Shown here: positions 1 to 7,473 of the stretch, piece by piece
Layout: each line of letters opens with the position of its first letter
How positions within the stretch are numbered: position 1 is the stretch's first letter
NCBI GenBank assembly: GCA_023818895.1
Contig: JAMWCX010000001.1
Span: 239,789 to 271,788, forward strand
DNA: 32,000 bases
Reading direction: 5' to 3'
DNA from: Candidatus Omnitrophota bacterium
Lineage (GTDB): Bacteria; Omnitrophota; Gorgyraeia; 2-01-FULL-45-10
Position numbers and translations under genes: made by a program
The notes under the pieces: generated by a model
The model's input: only the letters and a program-made list of their open reading frames with translations
Told to the model about the DNA's origin: nothing
Database searches by the model: none

Positions 1-2224
1 TGAAGAGTCTGCCCGAGGAACCGGAAAGGACCGAGCCCAGGACTTCGAGCGCGTATCTATCCGGGTCCTTTACTGTCGTGGTCACAAATCCCATAAGGAC
101 AAGACTCTCTTCTCTGTCCGCCTCATAAGAAGATCGCTTTACCTCTCCAAGCCTTGAGACTTGACTGCCCAAGACCGGTGTCTTTCCGGCACTTAAGGCC
201 GAGAAGGTATTTTTTATAGTTTCGATAATCTGCGTGGCATCCACGTCCCCAGATACGGACAAGACCATATTGTTAGAAACACAATAGTTTTTATAAAACG
301 AGACTAGATCACTGCGCGTGAGCGAATTTATAGTATCCTCGCTACCAAGATATCTAAAGGCGTAGGGCGATGATCCGAATAAATCGGCGCGCAGCTTGTT
401 TAGACCATCCTGAAATATGTCGTCGTCCTCCTCTTTCATGGCCGCTATAATAAGGGACTTTTCCTTATCGATCTCCTCTTGAGGGAAGTCGCTATCTTTA
501 ATGATATCTTTTATAAGTTCTAGGGTCTCCTCGACATTCGGTTTTAACACTTCCACCGTTACGCCGAAAGCGTTGAATCCGCTGAAAGAATCTATCTTGC
601 CTCCCAATCGTTCTATATAACCTTTTATTTGACTCTCATCCCTTTTTTCTGTACCTTTAAGCAACATCCTCGCTGTAAGGTTTGAGATACCGTTATTACG
701 GCTGCTTTCAGCGGCAAGCCCTCCTAGCATTGCCACAGTTATAAATGCGGACGGAACCTTATGATCCTCCCGAACCAGCACCCTGAGCCCATTTGAAAGA
801 ACGACCTTTTTGATCTCGTCTTTTGCCGGTTGATAACGCCGCGTTATCTTCTCAGCCGCGTACCCTTTAGGAACTATCCGAGCTACCGTCATATTCTCGG
901 GCCTTAAATACTTATTCGCCACCCTTTTTACGTCCTCCGCCGAGACCGCCTGCACACCTATCACGTACTTACGTGAAAAATCATAATTTCCGGTTAGGGC
1001 ATAACTTAACGAGATGGCATCAGCCTGGCCGTCGACGGTCTGGAGTATCGCTATGTGATCGGCCAGTATCATATTTCGAGCCGACTCAAGCTCATCCTCA
1101 TCGATCTCGCCGGACTTGAGGGCTTCGATTTCGGATGTGACAGCCTTTTCTACATATTCAAGATTGTCTTTATCCAGTATCGCCGTTATCACAAAAAGGC
1201 CCGGCTCGGCAGGTGTGTAGTTCCAGGCCGATACCGAATAGACGACGCCGTCCTCCTTGAGAAGTTTTTTGTTCAGTCGTGAGTTGTCGCCGCGTCCGAG
1301 CAAGATAGAAAGGACATCCATAGCGAACAGGTCTGAGTCAAGCAGGCCTGTCGAGTGGAATCCGATGGCAAGATATGCCAGGGGGGTCGACTTTTCCTCC
1401 TCAGCGCGTCTTGTGGTAATCTGCCGCGGCTCTGGATAGCTTGAACCCCATGCGCGATAGTCGGGCGGCCTGAAGATCCTAAACGCTCCCTCCGCCAGCG
1501 ATATCGCATAGTCTTCGTCTATATCCCCGACGATCGTAACGATAATCCTATTCGGCGAATACATCCTGTTGTAATAGCGCAAGGCATCCTCGCGCGTCAA
1601 GGCTCGAAAAGGTTCCCTATAGCCGATGGGAGGATATTTATAGGGATGGCGCAGGTAGGCTGTTTCGTGAAGAAGCCTTATCAATCTTGATTGGGGCTCG
1701 TCCTCGTTGAGATTTATCTCATTTAGTATGACCTCCTTTTCCTTGGCAAGCTCCTTGTTGTCGAAAGTCGCGTTCAAGAGCATATCGCTCAATATGGAGA
1801 GGGCCTGCGGAAAATATTTAGACGGTAAAACGATGCGGTAATCCGTCATATCTTTAGATACCGAGCCATTTATTATACCACCGTAGGATTTGACCTCCCT
1901 TTCTATGTCGCCGACGCCTCGTGAAGAGGTCCCTTTGAAGACCATGTGCTCTACCAGATGCGATATTCCCGTCCCGAGGTATTCCCCCTCGGTGCTCTCG
2001 CCCGCCCTTATCTTGACATCTACGGCTACCAGCTTGTCCGGCCGGCTCCTTTTGGCTAAAATAGTAAGGCCGTTATCCATGACCTTCATGGAAACGGCCT
2101 CAACGGGAATCTCCACAGGCTCTCTCATCTCTCCTGTTGCCTGTGGCGCGATCAAGGATATGAAGACAACCGTCAGACAGATGCTTACAAAATAACCGTA
2201 TGACTTTCCCGTGCCTACTACCAC
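1..2224 (-). CDS. M16 (pitrilysin/insulinase) family zinc metallopeptidase, long two-unit form; C-terminus runs off the window start
   Basis: Absent from the ORF track because it has no in-window stop. My minus-strand translation from 2224 reads (V)VVGTGKSYGYFVSICLTVVFISLIAPQATGEMREPVEIPVEAVSMKVMDNGLTILAKRSRPDKLVAVDVKIRAGESTEGEYLGTGISHLVEHMVFKGTSSRG. This gives a signal-peptide-like N-terminus and the inverted zinc motif HxxEH (HLVEH). The frame stays open to base 1 (last residues RYALEVLGSVLSGSSGRLF). A second M16 unit without the motif (VLSNGLRVLVREDHKVPSAFITVAMLGG) is encoded near 735-800. Start set at GTG 2224 because there is an in-frame TAG upstream with no ATG after it; the next ATG is at 2128. 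Confidence 0.85.
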   Translation of the reverse strand, partial: MVVGTGKSYGYFVSICLTVVFISLIAPQATGEMREPVEIPVEAVSMKVMDNGLTILAKRSRPDKLVAVDVKIRAGESTEGEYLGTGISHLVEHMVFKGTSSRGVGDIEREVKSYGGIINGSVSKDMTDYRIVLPSKYFPQALSILSDMLLNATFDNKELAKEKEVILNEINLNEDEPQSRLIRLLHETAYLRHPYKYPPIGYREPFRALTREDALRYYNRMYSPNRIIVTIVGDIDEDYAISLAEGAFRIFRPPDYRAWGSSYPEPRQITTRRAEEEKSTPLAYLAIGFHSTGLLDSDLFAMDVLSILLGRGDNSRLNKKLLKEDGVVYSVSAWNYTPAEPGLFVITAILDKDNLEYVEKAVTSEIEALKSGEIDEDELESARNMILADHIAILQTVDGQADAISLSYALTGNYDFSRKYVIGVQAVSAEDVKRVANKYLRPENMTVARIVPKGYAAEKITRRYQPAKDEIKKVVLSNGLRVLVREDHKVPSAFITVAMLGGLAAESSRNNGISNLTARMLLKGTEKRDESQIKGYIERLGGKIDSFSGFNAFGVTVEVLKPNVEETLELIKDIIKDSDFPQEEIDKEKSLIIAAMKEEDDDIFQDGLNKLRADLFGSSPYAFRYLGSEDTINSLTRSDLVSFYKNYCVSNNMVLSVSGDVDATQIIETIKNTFSALSAGKTPVLGSQVSRLGEVKRSSYEADREESLVLMGFVTTTVKDPDRYALEVLGSVLSGSSGRLF

Positions 2225-2379
2225 GCCATTTTTCTCTTGCGACGCTTTTTCTCGCTAGGCTTCTCGTAGTGTTTTCGGGCTTTTAGCGTCTTCAGTATAC
2301 CTTCGATCTCTATCTTCTTCTTGAATCTTCTTAGCGCCTTTTCTAAAGGTTCGTTTTCCCCAACGGTGACTTTAGGCAT
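2218..2379 (-). CDS. rpsU: 30S ribosomal protein S21
   Basis: 53-aa ORF below the ORF-track cutoff, found by hand. It reads MPKVTVGENEPLEKALRRFKKKIEIEGILKTLKARKHYEKPSEKKRRKRKMAW, matching the bS21 pattern (MPxVxV..NE.LE.ALRRFK....G.L.....R..YEKPSE.KRRK). It is preceded by a strong promoter, and its stop overlaps the GTG of the M16 gene. Confidence 0.9.
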   Translation of the reverse strand: MPKVTVGENEPLEKALRRFKKKIEIEGILKTLKARKHYEKPSEKKRRKRKMAW

Positions 2380-2424
2380 TACGATATCACACCCTTTCTT
2401 ATTTATATTATTTAAACATAGGCT

Positions 2425-2453
2425 ATTCTAACAAGGTTGATAGTCTTTGTCAA
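2425..2453 (-). promoter_or_regulatory. sigma70-type promoter for rpsU (TTGACA-17 nt-TAGAAT)
   Basis: The minus strand reads TTGACA (2453-2448), then the 17-nt spacer AAGACTATCAACCTTGT, then TAGAAT (2430-2425). It lies about 45 nt upstream of the rpsU ATG in the 89-bp gap after the OsmC stop. Confidence 0.6.
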
Positions 2454-2468
2454 GGTCGTAGATATACC

Positions 2469-2852
2469 TCAGATCGAGATATCAATTTCAGTAGCATGCT
2501 TAAGAGTATTGTGGAGGGGGCAGTTTTTTACGAATTCGAGCATGGCATTTTTTCTACGCTCATCAAGACCTGATGGTTCTTGAAAATTCACATCGACTTT
2601 TATTTGCCTAAAATAAAAAGGAGGCTCCTTTCCGAGGTCGCCTTCCACCGTTATGTCGAAGCGGCTCAGCGCAAGGCGCGCACCTTCAGCGTATTTACGA
2701 ATGTATACACCGATACAGGAGCCGAGGCTTGCTAGAAACGCATCAGGCGGTGTGGCACCGTCTTTGCCATCCGCATCTATGATAAAAGTCGCGTTTTTAG
2801 TTTTTACACTGAAGCTGCGATTACCGATATATGTCACATCTGCCCTGTACAT
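2469..2852 (-). CDS. OsmC/Ohr family peroxiredoxin-like protein
   Basis: 127-aa ORF with the two conserved Cys contexts of the OsmC fold (LASLGSCIGVYI and VKNCPLHNTL). Confidence 0.85.
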   Translation of the reverse strand: MYRADVTYIGNRSFSVKTKNATFIIDADGKDGATPPDAFLASLGSCIGVYIRKYAEGARLALSRFDITVEGDLGKEPPFYFRQIKVDVNFQEPSGLDERRKNAMLEFVKNCPLHNTLKHATEIDISI

Positions 2853-3271
2853 ATGATCTCCTTAATTTTTCTATATTTTGCGATTTTCCTGCCTTTTAAT
2901 TTTTCCCAGAAATCCTCTGCGCTAAGCGGCGTGGCGTATGCGCCTTTTGCGTAGAAGAAGATATCCTTATCAGAAGAAACAACGCGCAGATTACGGCGCT
3001 GCCTCTCAGGAACTTTGTCGATATATCGCTTTATGTAGCTATCCGCGTCTTTTGTAGGAACAACTGTGAGTTTTGAGCTGTTAGCGTAATGCATGTGGAG
3101 GTGCTCGCGAGTTGAATCGAATACCAGCACTATAGGGTCATTGTGAGTTTTCTGAAAATCAGAAAGGTATGATATAAGCTGTGAGGCCGAGACCAGAGAG
3201 TCTTTTTCGTCATCCTTTATTGAAGAACGATCGCTTCTTATAAGATTCCATCCGTCAATTATTATAGGCAT
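2834..3271 (-). CDS. YacP/Rae1-like NYN (PIN-like) domain ribonuclease
   Basis: 145-aa ORF with the motifs PIIIDGWNLI, IVLVFDS, PTKDADSYIKRYI and VVSSDKDI, arranged as in YacP-type NYN domains. Its 3' end overlaps the OsmC start by 19 nt. Confidence 0.75.
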   Translation of the reverse strand: MPIIIDGWNLIRSDRSSIKDDEKDSLVSASQLISYLSDFQKTHNDPIVLVFDSTREHLHMHYANSSKLTVVPTKDADSYIKRYIDKVPERQRRNLRVVSSDKDIFFYAKGAYATPLSAEDFWEKLKGRKIAKYRKIKEIICTGQM

Positions 3272-3340
3272 GGGAATAAATCAAAATCTGTTTTTTACTA
3301 TAGTTGTTCAGGATGCGGTTTATACATTATCAGGCCTTGG

Positions 3341-4567
3341 TCAGTCTGCGCAGCCGGCGCTTTCCGCCTTTGTTTTCTTACCCTTGATAACTTCACCCCC
3401 TGGCCGCTGACCTTTCTTCAGGGCCTCGTTTATGTCCTTATCAGCGGCGTAACCGAGATCCCTCAGCGTATCCCCGAGTCTTACGCCGCGTCTCCAATGG
3501 ACCATTAGCGCCTCGTCGAGTCTGTCAGCGCTTATAGCATCCATCGCAAGTAGAATCTGCCCCAGCGGCCGATAGGCGCAGCTATAACCGCTCTCTGCCT
3601 TAAAAAGTCTCGGGCTTTGCTTGTCGTCATGTGAGCCGGAGCGTCTGTCGGCCATGAATTTTGACCCCTCAAAGCCTTTCAGGTAGCGCTTGACCTCCGC
3701 TATCTTCTCGTTTATTTCTATGATGTTTTTGAATTGTAGCCCGCCGGCCCTGTTGACAACAGCAATAGAAACGCTCATAAGAGGAATATTCTTTATCTTA
3801 TGAGTTCGATCGCGGGCAACAATGTATCCCCTTGCCCTGTCTTCAGCCGAGTAATGAAAAGGCATTATCCTATTGAAGTCGGTGATGAAATTGTAGCATA
3901 TCTGCTCATACTTATCCGGTGTTGTTATGAAAGCGAAGTCGTCACCACCTATGTGGCCTATGAAGTCATCCCGGTTACCGTATCGGGATATTGTGGTGTA
4001 GAGCATGTAGGCGCTTTGCATAATGACGCGATCGCCTTTTACATAACCATACGTGTCGTTGAAATATTTGAAGTTGTCTATGTCAAGATACCCGAAAGAA
4101 AAAGGCCCGCCATCATTGAATCTCTCGCGAAGAGTCTCCTCTATAAGTCTTCCCCCTGGAAGGCCCGTAAGAGGCGTAGAGTAGAAGCTGTGCTGCGCAC
4201 GTTTCAAGGCCATCTCTATCCGCACCCTTAGGTCAAGCGGATCAGGTGGTTTTATCAGATAATCATCGACCCCCTGCTTTATGTTTAAAAGTTGCGTGCG
4301 CAACTGCCTCTTATTTATTAGAGTGATGACCGGTATATATGCGGTCAGAAAGTCATCCTTAAGAAGACGGCATATCTCTAAGTCGGTACGCTTGGCGGCA
4401 TGCACATCGATCACTATCACATCCGGCGCCAGTCTTTTGACAAATGCTATATCCCGAACGAATGGATGCAAAACGACATCGTATCCCCATCCTTCAAAAC
4501 AGAATTTCAGCACTTCCCTTAGATTCTTGTCCGATGATATTATGAGCATCTTTCGTATCCCTGTCAT
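3341..4567 (-). CDS. Response regulator: receiver domain + degenerate GGDEF domain (GGDDF) + C-terminal MshEN/T2SSE_N-like segment
   Basis: 408 aa. REC features: VIVIDVH (acceptor Asp), PVITL, DYLIKP. GGDEF fold: YLDIDNFKYFNDTYGYVKGDRV and GHIGGDDFAFI. C-terminus: PLGQILLAMDAISADRLDEALMVH-WRRGV-RLGDTLRDLGYAADKDINEALKKGQ, which resembles the tandem RLGxx..G....L...L..Q motif. Confidence 0.85.
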   Translation of the reverse strand: MTGIRKMLIISSDKNLREVLKFCFEGWGYDVVLHPFVRDIAFVKRLAPDVIVIDVHAAKRTDLEICRLLKDDFLTAYIPVITLINKRQLRTQLLNIKQGVDDYLIKPPDPLDLRVRIEMALKRAQHSFYSTPLTGLPGGRLIEETLRERFNDGGPFSFGYLDIDNFKYFNDTYGYVKGDRVIMQSAYMLYTTISRYGNRDDFIGHIGGDDFAFITTPDKYEQICYNFITDFNRIMPFHYSAEDRARGYIVARDRTHKIKNIPLMSVSIAVVNRAGGLQFKNIIEINEKIAEVKRYLKGFEGSKFMADRRSGSHDDKQSPRLFKAESGYSCAYRPLGQILLAMDAISADRLDEALMVHWRRGVRLGDTLRDLGYAADKDINEALKKGQRPGGEVIKGKKTKAESAGCAD

Positions 4568-4570
4568 GAC

Positions 4571-5524
4571 TCAGAAGACCAGCCTTTCAACATCTTTCAA
4601 AAACACGCGTATAGAGGAAGGACTGTTAGAGATGCTGCACCCAGCCACATCGAAATGGCCTCCTCCGCCGTAAGATTCGGCCAGATCCGCCACGTTCAGT
4701 TTTCCTTTTGAGCGCAAACTGACTCTTAGGGTGTGGTCATCCTTTTCTCTGAATAGAACAGCAACCTTAACGCCTTCTATTGCCCGCATATCATCCGGCA
4801 CCGCGTCTACATCCTCATCCTTACCGTGGGCAGCGTTGAAGTCCTTGCGAGTAACAATCGACCATGCTATCCTACCTCTCTTTAAGAATATGCACCGTGC
4901 CATGCAAATTCCTGAAAGGACGGCGGATGATTTTCGTTTCGACCAAAAGACAGTATCTACTAACTCATAGAAATCGACGCCGCTATTTATGAGGTCGGTG
5001 CAAACTTTGAAAGTAAAAGGAGTGACATTTGGCAACTTGAACGAATTGGTCTCGACGATTATCGAAGTGAGAAGATTTTGTGCTATGGGTACCGTTATAC
5101 GGACTTTTAAAGACTTCAGCAGTCTGTATATCATCTCGCCCACAGCTGCCGCGTGAGCATCCACTAAAGAGACGTTACCAAAAGGGCGTCTGAATTCATG
5201 GTGGTCTATCTCCAAAATCGTACCGGCATTCTTGAAAGATTGATAGGTCTTTCCCAATATATCCTTCGAGCTGCAGTCCACCGCTATAGCGAGATCAACG
5301 GGTTTTTTTATCGCTCTGACTATGCGTCCAGCCGCTGGAAGCTCGCGATATCTTCGGGGGACACCGTCCACACTAACCATCAAAACACGCTTGCCCATAC
5401 GCTCTATACCAAGACCAAGGGACAGGAGAGAACCGATAGAATCCCCATCGGGGTTAACGTGGCCTGATATAGCCACAGAAGTCGCTTCCCGAATCGCCCT
5501 TTTTGCCGCTTCTAATCCACGCAT
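4571..5524 (-). CDS. nrnA: DHH/DHHA1 phosphoesterase, NrnA-type (nanoRNase / pAp phosphatase family)
   Basis: 317 aa with GHVNPDGDSIGS, AVDCS, EIDHH and a C-terminal GGGGH (DHHA1). Its stop lies 3 nt before the response-regulator ATG. Confidence 0.85.
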   Translation of the reverse strand: MRGLEAAKRAIREATSVAISGHVNPDGDSIGSLLSLGLGIERMGKRVLMVSVDGVPRRYRELPAAGRIVRAIKKPVDLAIAVDCSSKDILGKTYQSFKNAGTILEIDHHEFRRPFGNVSLVDAHAAAVGEMIYRLLKSLKVRITVPIAQNLLTSIIVETNSFKLPNVTPFTFKVCTDLINSGVDFYELVDTVFWSKRKSSAVLSGICMARCIFLKRGRIAWSIVTRKDFNAAHGKDEDVDAVPDDMRAIEGVKVAVLFREKDDHTLRVSLRSKGKLNVADLAESYGGGGHFDVAGCSISNSPSSIRVFLKDVERLVF

Positions 5525-5540
5525 TTTTAAATCTTCCGTT

Positions 5541-5981
5541 TTAGCTATTTACCAGCACCTTAAATGAATCAAAAGACCTTCTGCTCTTGACGCCCGTATA
5601 GACCTGTCTTAAGGACCAAGTATAGACCTGGCCGTTTTTAAAAATGCTCGCTTTTAGCTTAAGCGACCATTGGCGCGGCGGAATTCGAGCTTTGAAGATA
5701 AGCGCTGATTCTATCATCTGGTAGCCGCGATATAGCCTGAAATCGTAATATTCGCGCTTTATCTGTTCGCCTTCGTGCGGGCTCCATTTAAATTCAAGGT
5801 AATCTTTGTTAGTCAGATCAATAACATCAACAGACGGTTCGATAAGCCGGGGCGGAGCTATTAAGTCTGACTGGCCTATATCAAAGTCCACCATACGCTG
5901 GCCAAATGATATGCCAGCGATAAGGCTTAGGACAATGCTGAAGAGAAGCAGCGTCTTTTTAGAAGTTGACTTCCGGCACAC
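5541..5981 (-). CDS. Hypothetical secreted protein (signal peptide, beta-rich)
   Basis: 146-aa ORF with a GTG start. The N-terminus (M)CRKSTSKKTLLLFSIVLSLIAGISFGQ looks like a Sec signal peptide. I recognise no family. It overlaps the lemA 3' end by 23 nt. Confidence 0.6.
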   Translation of the reverse strand: MCRKSTSKKTLLLFSIVLSLIAGISFGQRMVDFDIGQSDLIAPPRLIEPSVDVIDLTNKDYLEFKWSPHEGEQIKREYYDFRLYRGYQMIESALIFKARIPPRQWSLKLKASIFKNGQVYTWSLRQVYTGVKSRRSFDSFKVLVNS

Positions 5982-6516
5982 CTCTTGCCTTTTCCTCCGC
6001 TCTGAAATATTCGGTGGCCGGCCTGAATCCGAACATCGCGGCTACAATGTTGCCGGGAAATAGCCTGACGCTGATGTTATAGTCTTTAACAGCCTCATTG
6101 TATCGCATCCTCTCGACCGCTATACGGTTCTCCGCGCCTGAAAGCTCATCCATAAGCTTGAGAAAGGTATTGTCGGCCTTGAGCTGCGGATAATTCTCAG
6201 CGACAGCTATGAGCCTGGCGAGCGCTGAATCCATCCCGCTGGCAGCCCTCACCTTGGCATCGATTGTGGTTGCGCTGGCCCACTGTGAGCGAGCTTTCGT
6301 GACATCTGCAAACACTGTCTTCTCATGGGCAGCGTAACCCTTGACGCTGTTTACAAGGTTCGGTATGAGATCGTTACGCCGTTGGAGCTGGTTCTCAACC
6401 TGCGCCCACTTAGCTGTTATGGTTTCATGTTTAGACACTATACCATTGTAAATGCCGACGATTGTGAAAGCGGCTAGCACAACGATGACCGCGACAACAC
6501 CCAGAAAATACTTCAT
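5959..6516 (-). CDS. lemA: LemA family membrane protein
   Basis: 185 aa with an N-terminal TM helix followed by AKWAQVENQLQRRNDLIPNLVNSVKGYAAHEKTVF...ENYPQLKA...F..L..EL...ENRI...R..YN, the typical LemA pattern. Confidence 0.88.
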   Translation of the reverse strand: MKYFLGVVAVIVVLAAFTIVGIYNGIVSKHETITAKWAQVENQLQRRNDLIPNLVNSVKGYAAHEKTVFADVTKARSQWASATTIDAKVRAASGMDSALARLIAVAENYPQLKADNTFLKLMDELSGAENRIAVERMRYNEAVKDYNISVRLFPGNIVAAMFGFRPATEYFRAEEKARGVPEVNF

Positions 6517-6552
6517 GCGAATCCTCCTTTGTTTGTGTATTCTTTTAACGCC

Positions 6553-7467
6553 TTAAAATCCTCCGCCTGCCCCTCCCCCCCCACCCCCGCCTCCACCGAA
6601 GCCTCCACCTCCAAAACCGCCTCCTCCGCCTACCCATCCGCCAGTGGTGAACCTTCCGCCATATGTTTGACTACCGAAAAAATTGCGGCGCCGGTGTGGC
6701 GGAATTTTTTTCCAGTAATTATAACGCGCTATAAGGGCGATGATGTAGGCCCCTATTATAAGGTATGGCATTAGCGGAGATAAGGCTGAGAAAGCGAAGG
6801 CAAACATAATTGTTACCGGAAGCCCTATATAGATAGGCCATGGCAGATTCCAGAAAAAAAAGAAAAGCGGTAATATGATGTACAATAGAAAAGGCGTCTT
6901 TTTAGCCGGCAAGCCCTTGTTCATCACACCGACAGCGCTGATCTCAGTGCCTTCTAGTCTCTGTAGCTTGATTTTCGCGTCATTAGCAATTGTCGAGGCG
7001 ATAGCCGCAACGCCGTTATAAATACCTTCTCCGTATCTTCCCGCCTTGAAAAAAGGCACCATATAATTACGGCCGATTTCGCCACAGAGGCTGTCTGGCA
7101 AGATGCCTTCGACACCATAGCCCGTTTCTATCCTCCAGCGCCTCTCCTTGACGGCTAATAGAATCAGGACGCCGTTATCCTTGCCTCGCTTGCCTATTTT
7201 CCAGTTGTCAAAGATCATCCGCGCGTATGTCTGCTCATCATACGGGGCTATGGACCGCTCGGTAATGACAGCGATTTCGGCAGAAGTCTTTTCCTCGAGC
7301 TCGTCTATGAGAGAGGTGATCTTGCGGCGGTATTCTTCGGATATAACGTCTGCATAATCATTGACCCAGCCGGATGGTCGCGGCACTTTTTCATCGGCAG
7401 CGATCGCCGGAAACAGAAATGCAGAAAAGACCAGCCATAGAAGAGCGGCCTGCCGTATTCTATCCAT
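6553..7467 (-). CDS. TPM domain (YgcG-like) membrane protein with poly-Gly C-terminal tail
   Basis: 304 aa. It has a signal peptide, a TPM-domain start (GWVNDYADVISEEYRRKITSLIDELEEKTSAEIAVIT), several TM segments and the tail GGWVGGGGGFGGGGFGGGGGGGGGAGGGF. Pairing of a TPM protein with LemA is a well-known gene pair. Confidence 0.85.
   Translation of the reverse strand: MDRIRQAALLWLVFSAFLFPAIAADEKVPRPSGWVNDYADVISEEYRRKITSLIDELEEKTSAEIAVITERSIAPYDEQTYARMIFDNWKIGKRGKDNGVLILLAVKERRWRIETGYGVEGILPDSLCGEIGRNYMVPFFKAGRYGEGIYNGVAAIASTIANDAKIKLQRLEGTEISAVGVMNKGLPAKKTPFLLYIILPLFFFFWNLPWPIYIGLPVTIMFAFAFSALSPLMPYLIIGAYIIALIARYNYWKKIPPHRRRNFFGSQTYGGRFTTGGWVGGGGGFGGGGFGGGGGGGGGAGGGF
6556..6642 (-). repeat. 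Low-complexity tract (C-rich on plus, G-rich on minus) encoding the poly-Gly tail of the TPM protein
   Basis: The plus strand reads ...cctccgcctgcccctcccccccacccccgcctccaccgaagcctccacctccaaaaccgcctcctccgcc... The coding Gly run fully explains the tract. Confidence 0.7.
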
Positions 7468-7473
7468 GCTCGG

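Noticed and set aside
1055-2195. Several short plus-strand and minus-strand ORFs listed in the first 2.2 kb (for example 1273-1509 minus, 1890-2195 plus)
   Set aside because: The region is fully accounted for by one long minus-strand M16 peptidase frame that the track omitted because it has no in-window stop. The listed ORFs are alternative-frame artefacts.
6553-6660. Long C-rich (plus) / G-rich (minus) low-complexity tract, as a possible G-quadruplex or simple-sequence contingency repeat
   Set aside because: It is explained by the poly-Gly/Phe C-terminal tail typical of YgcG/TPM proteins. It uses mixed Gly codons rather than a perfect tandem repeat, so slippage-based phase variation is unlikely.
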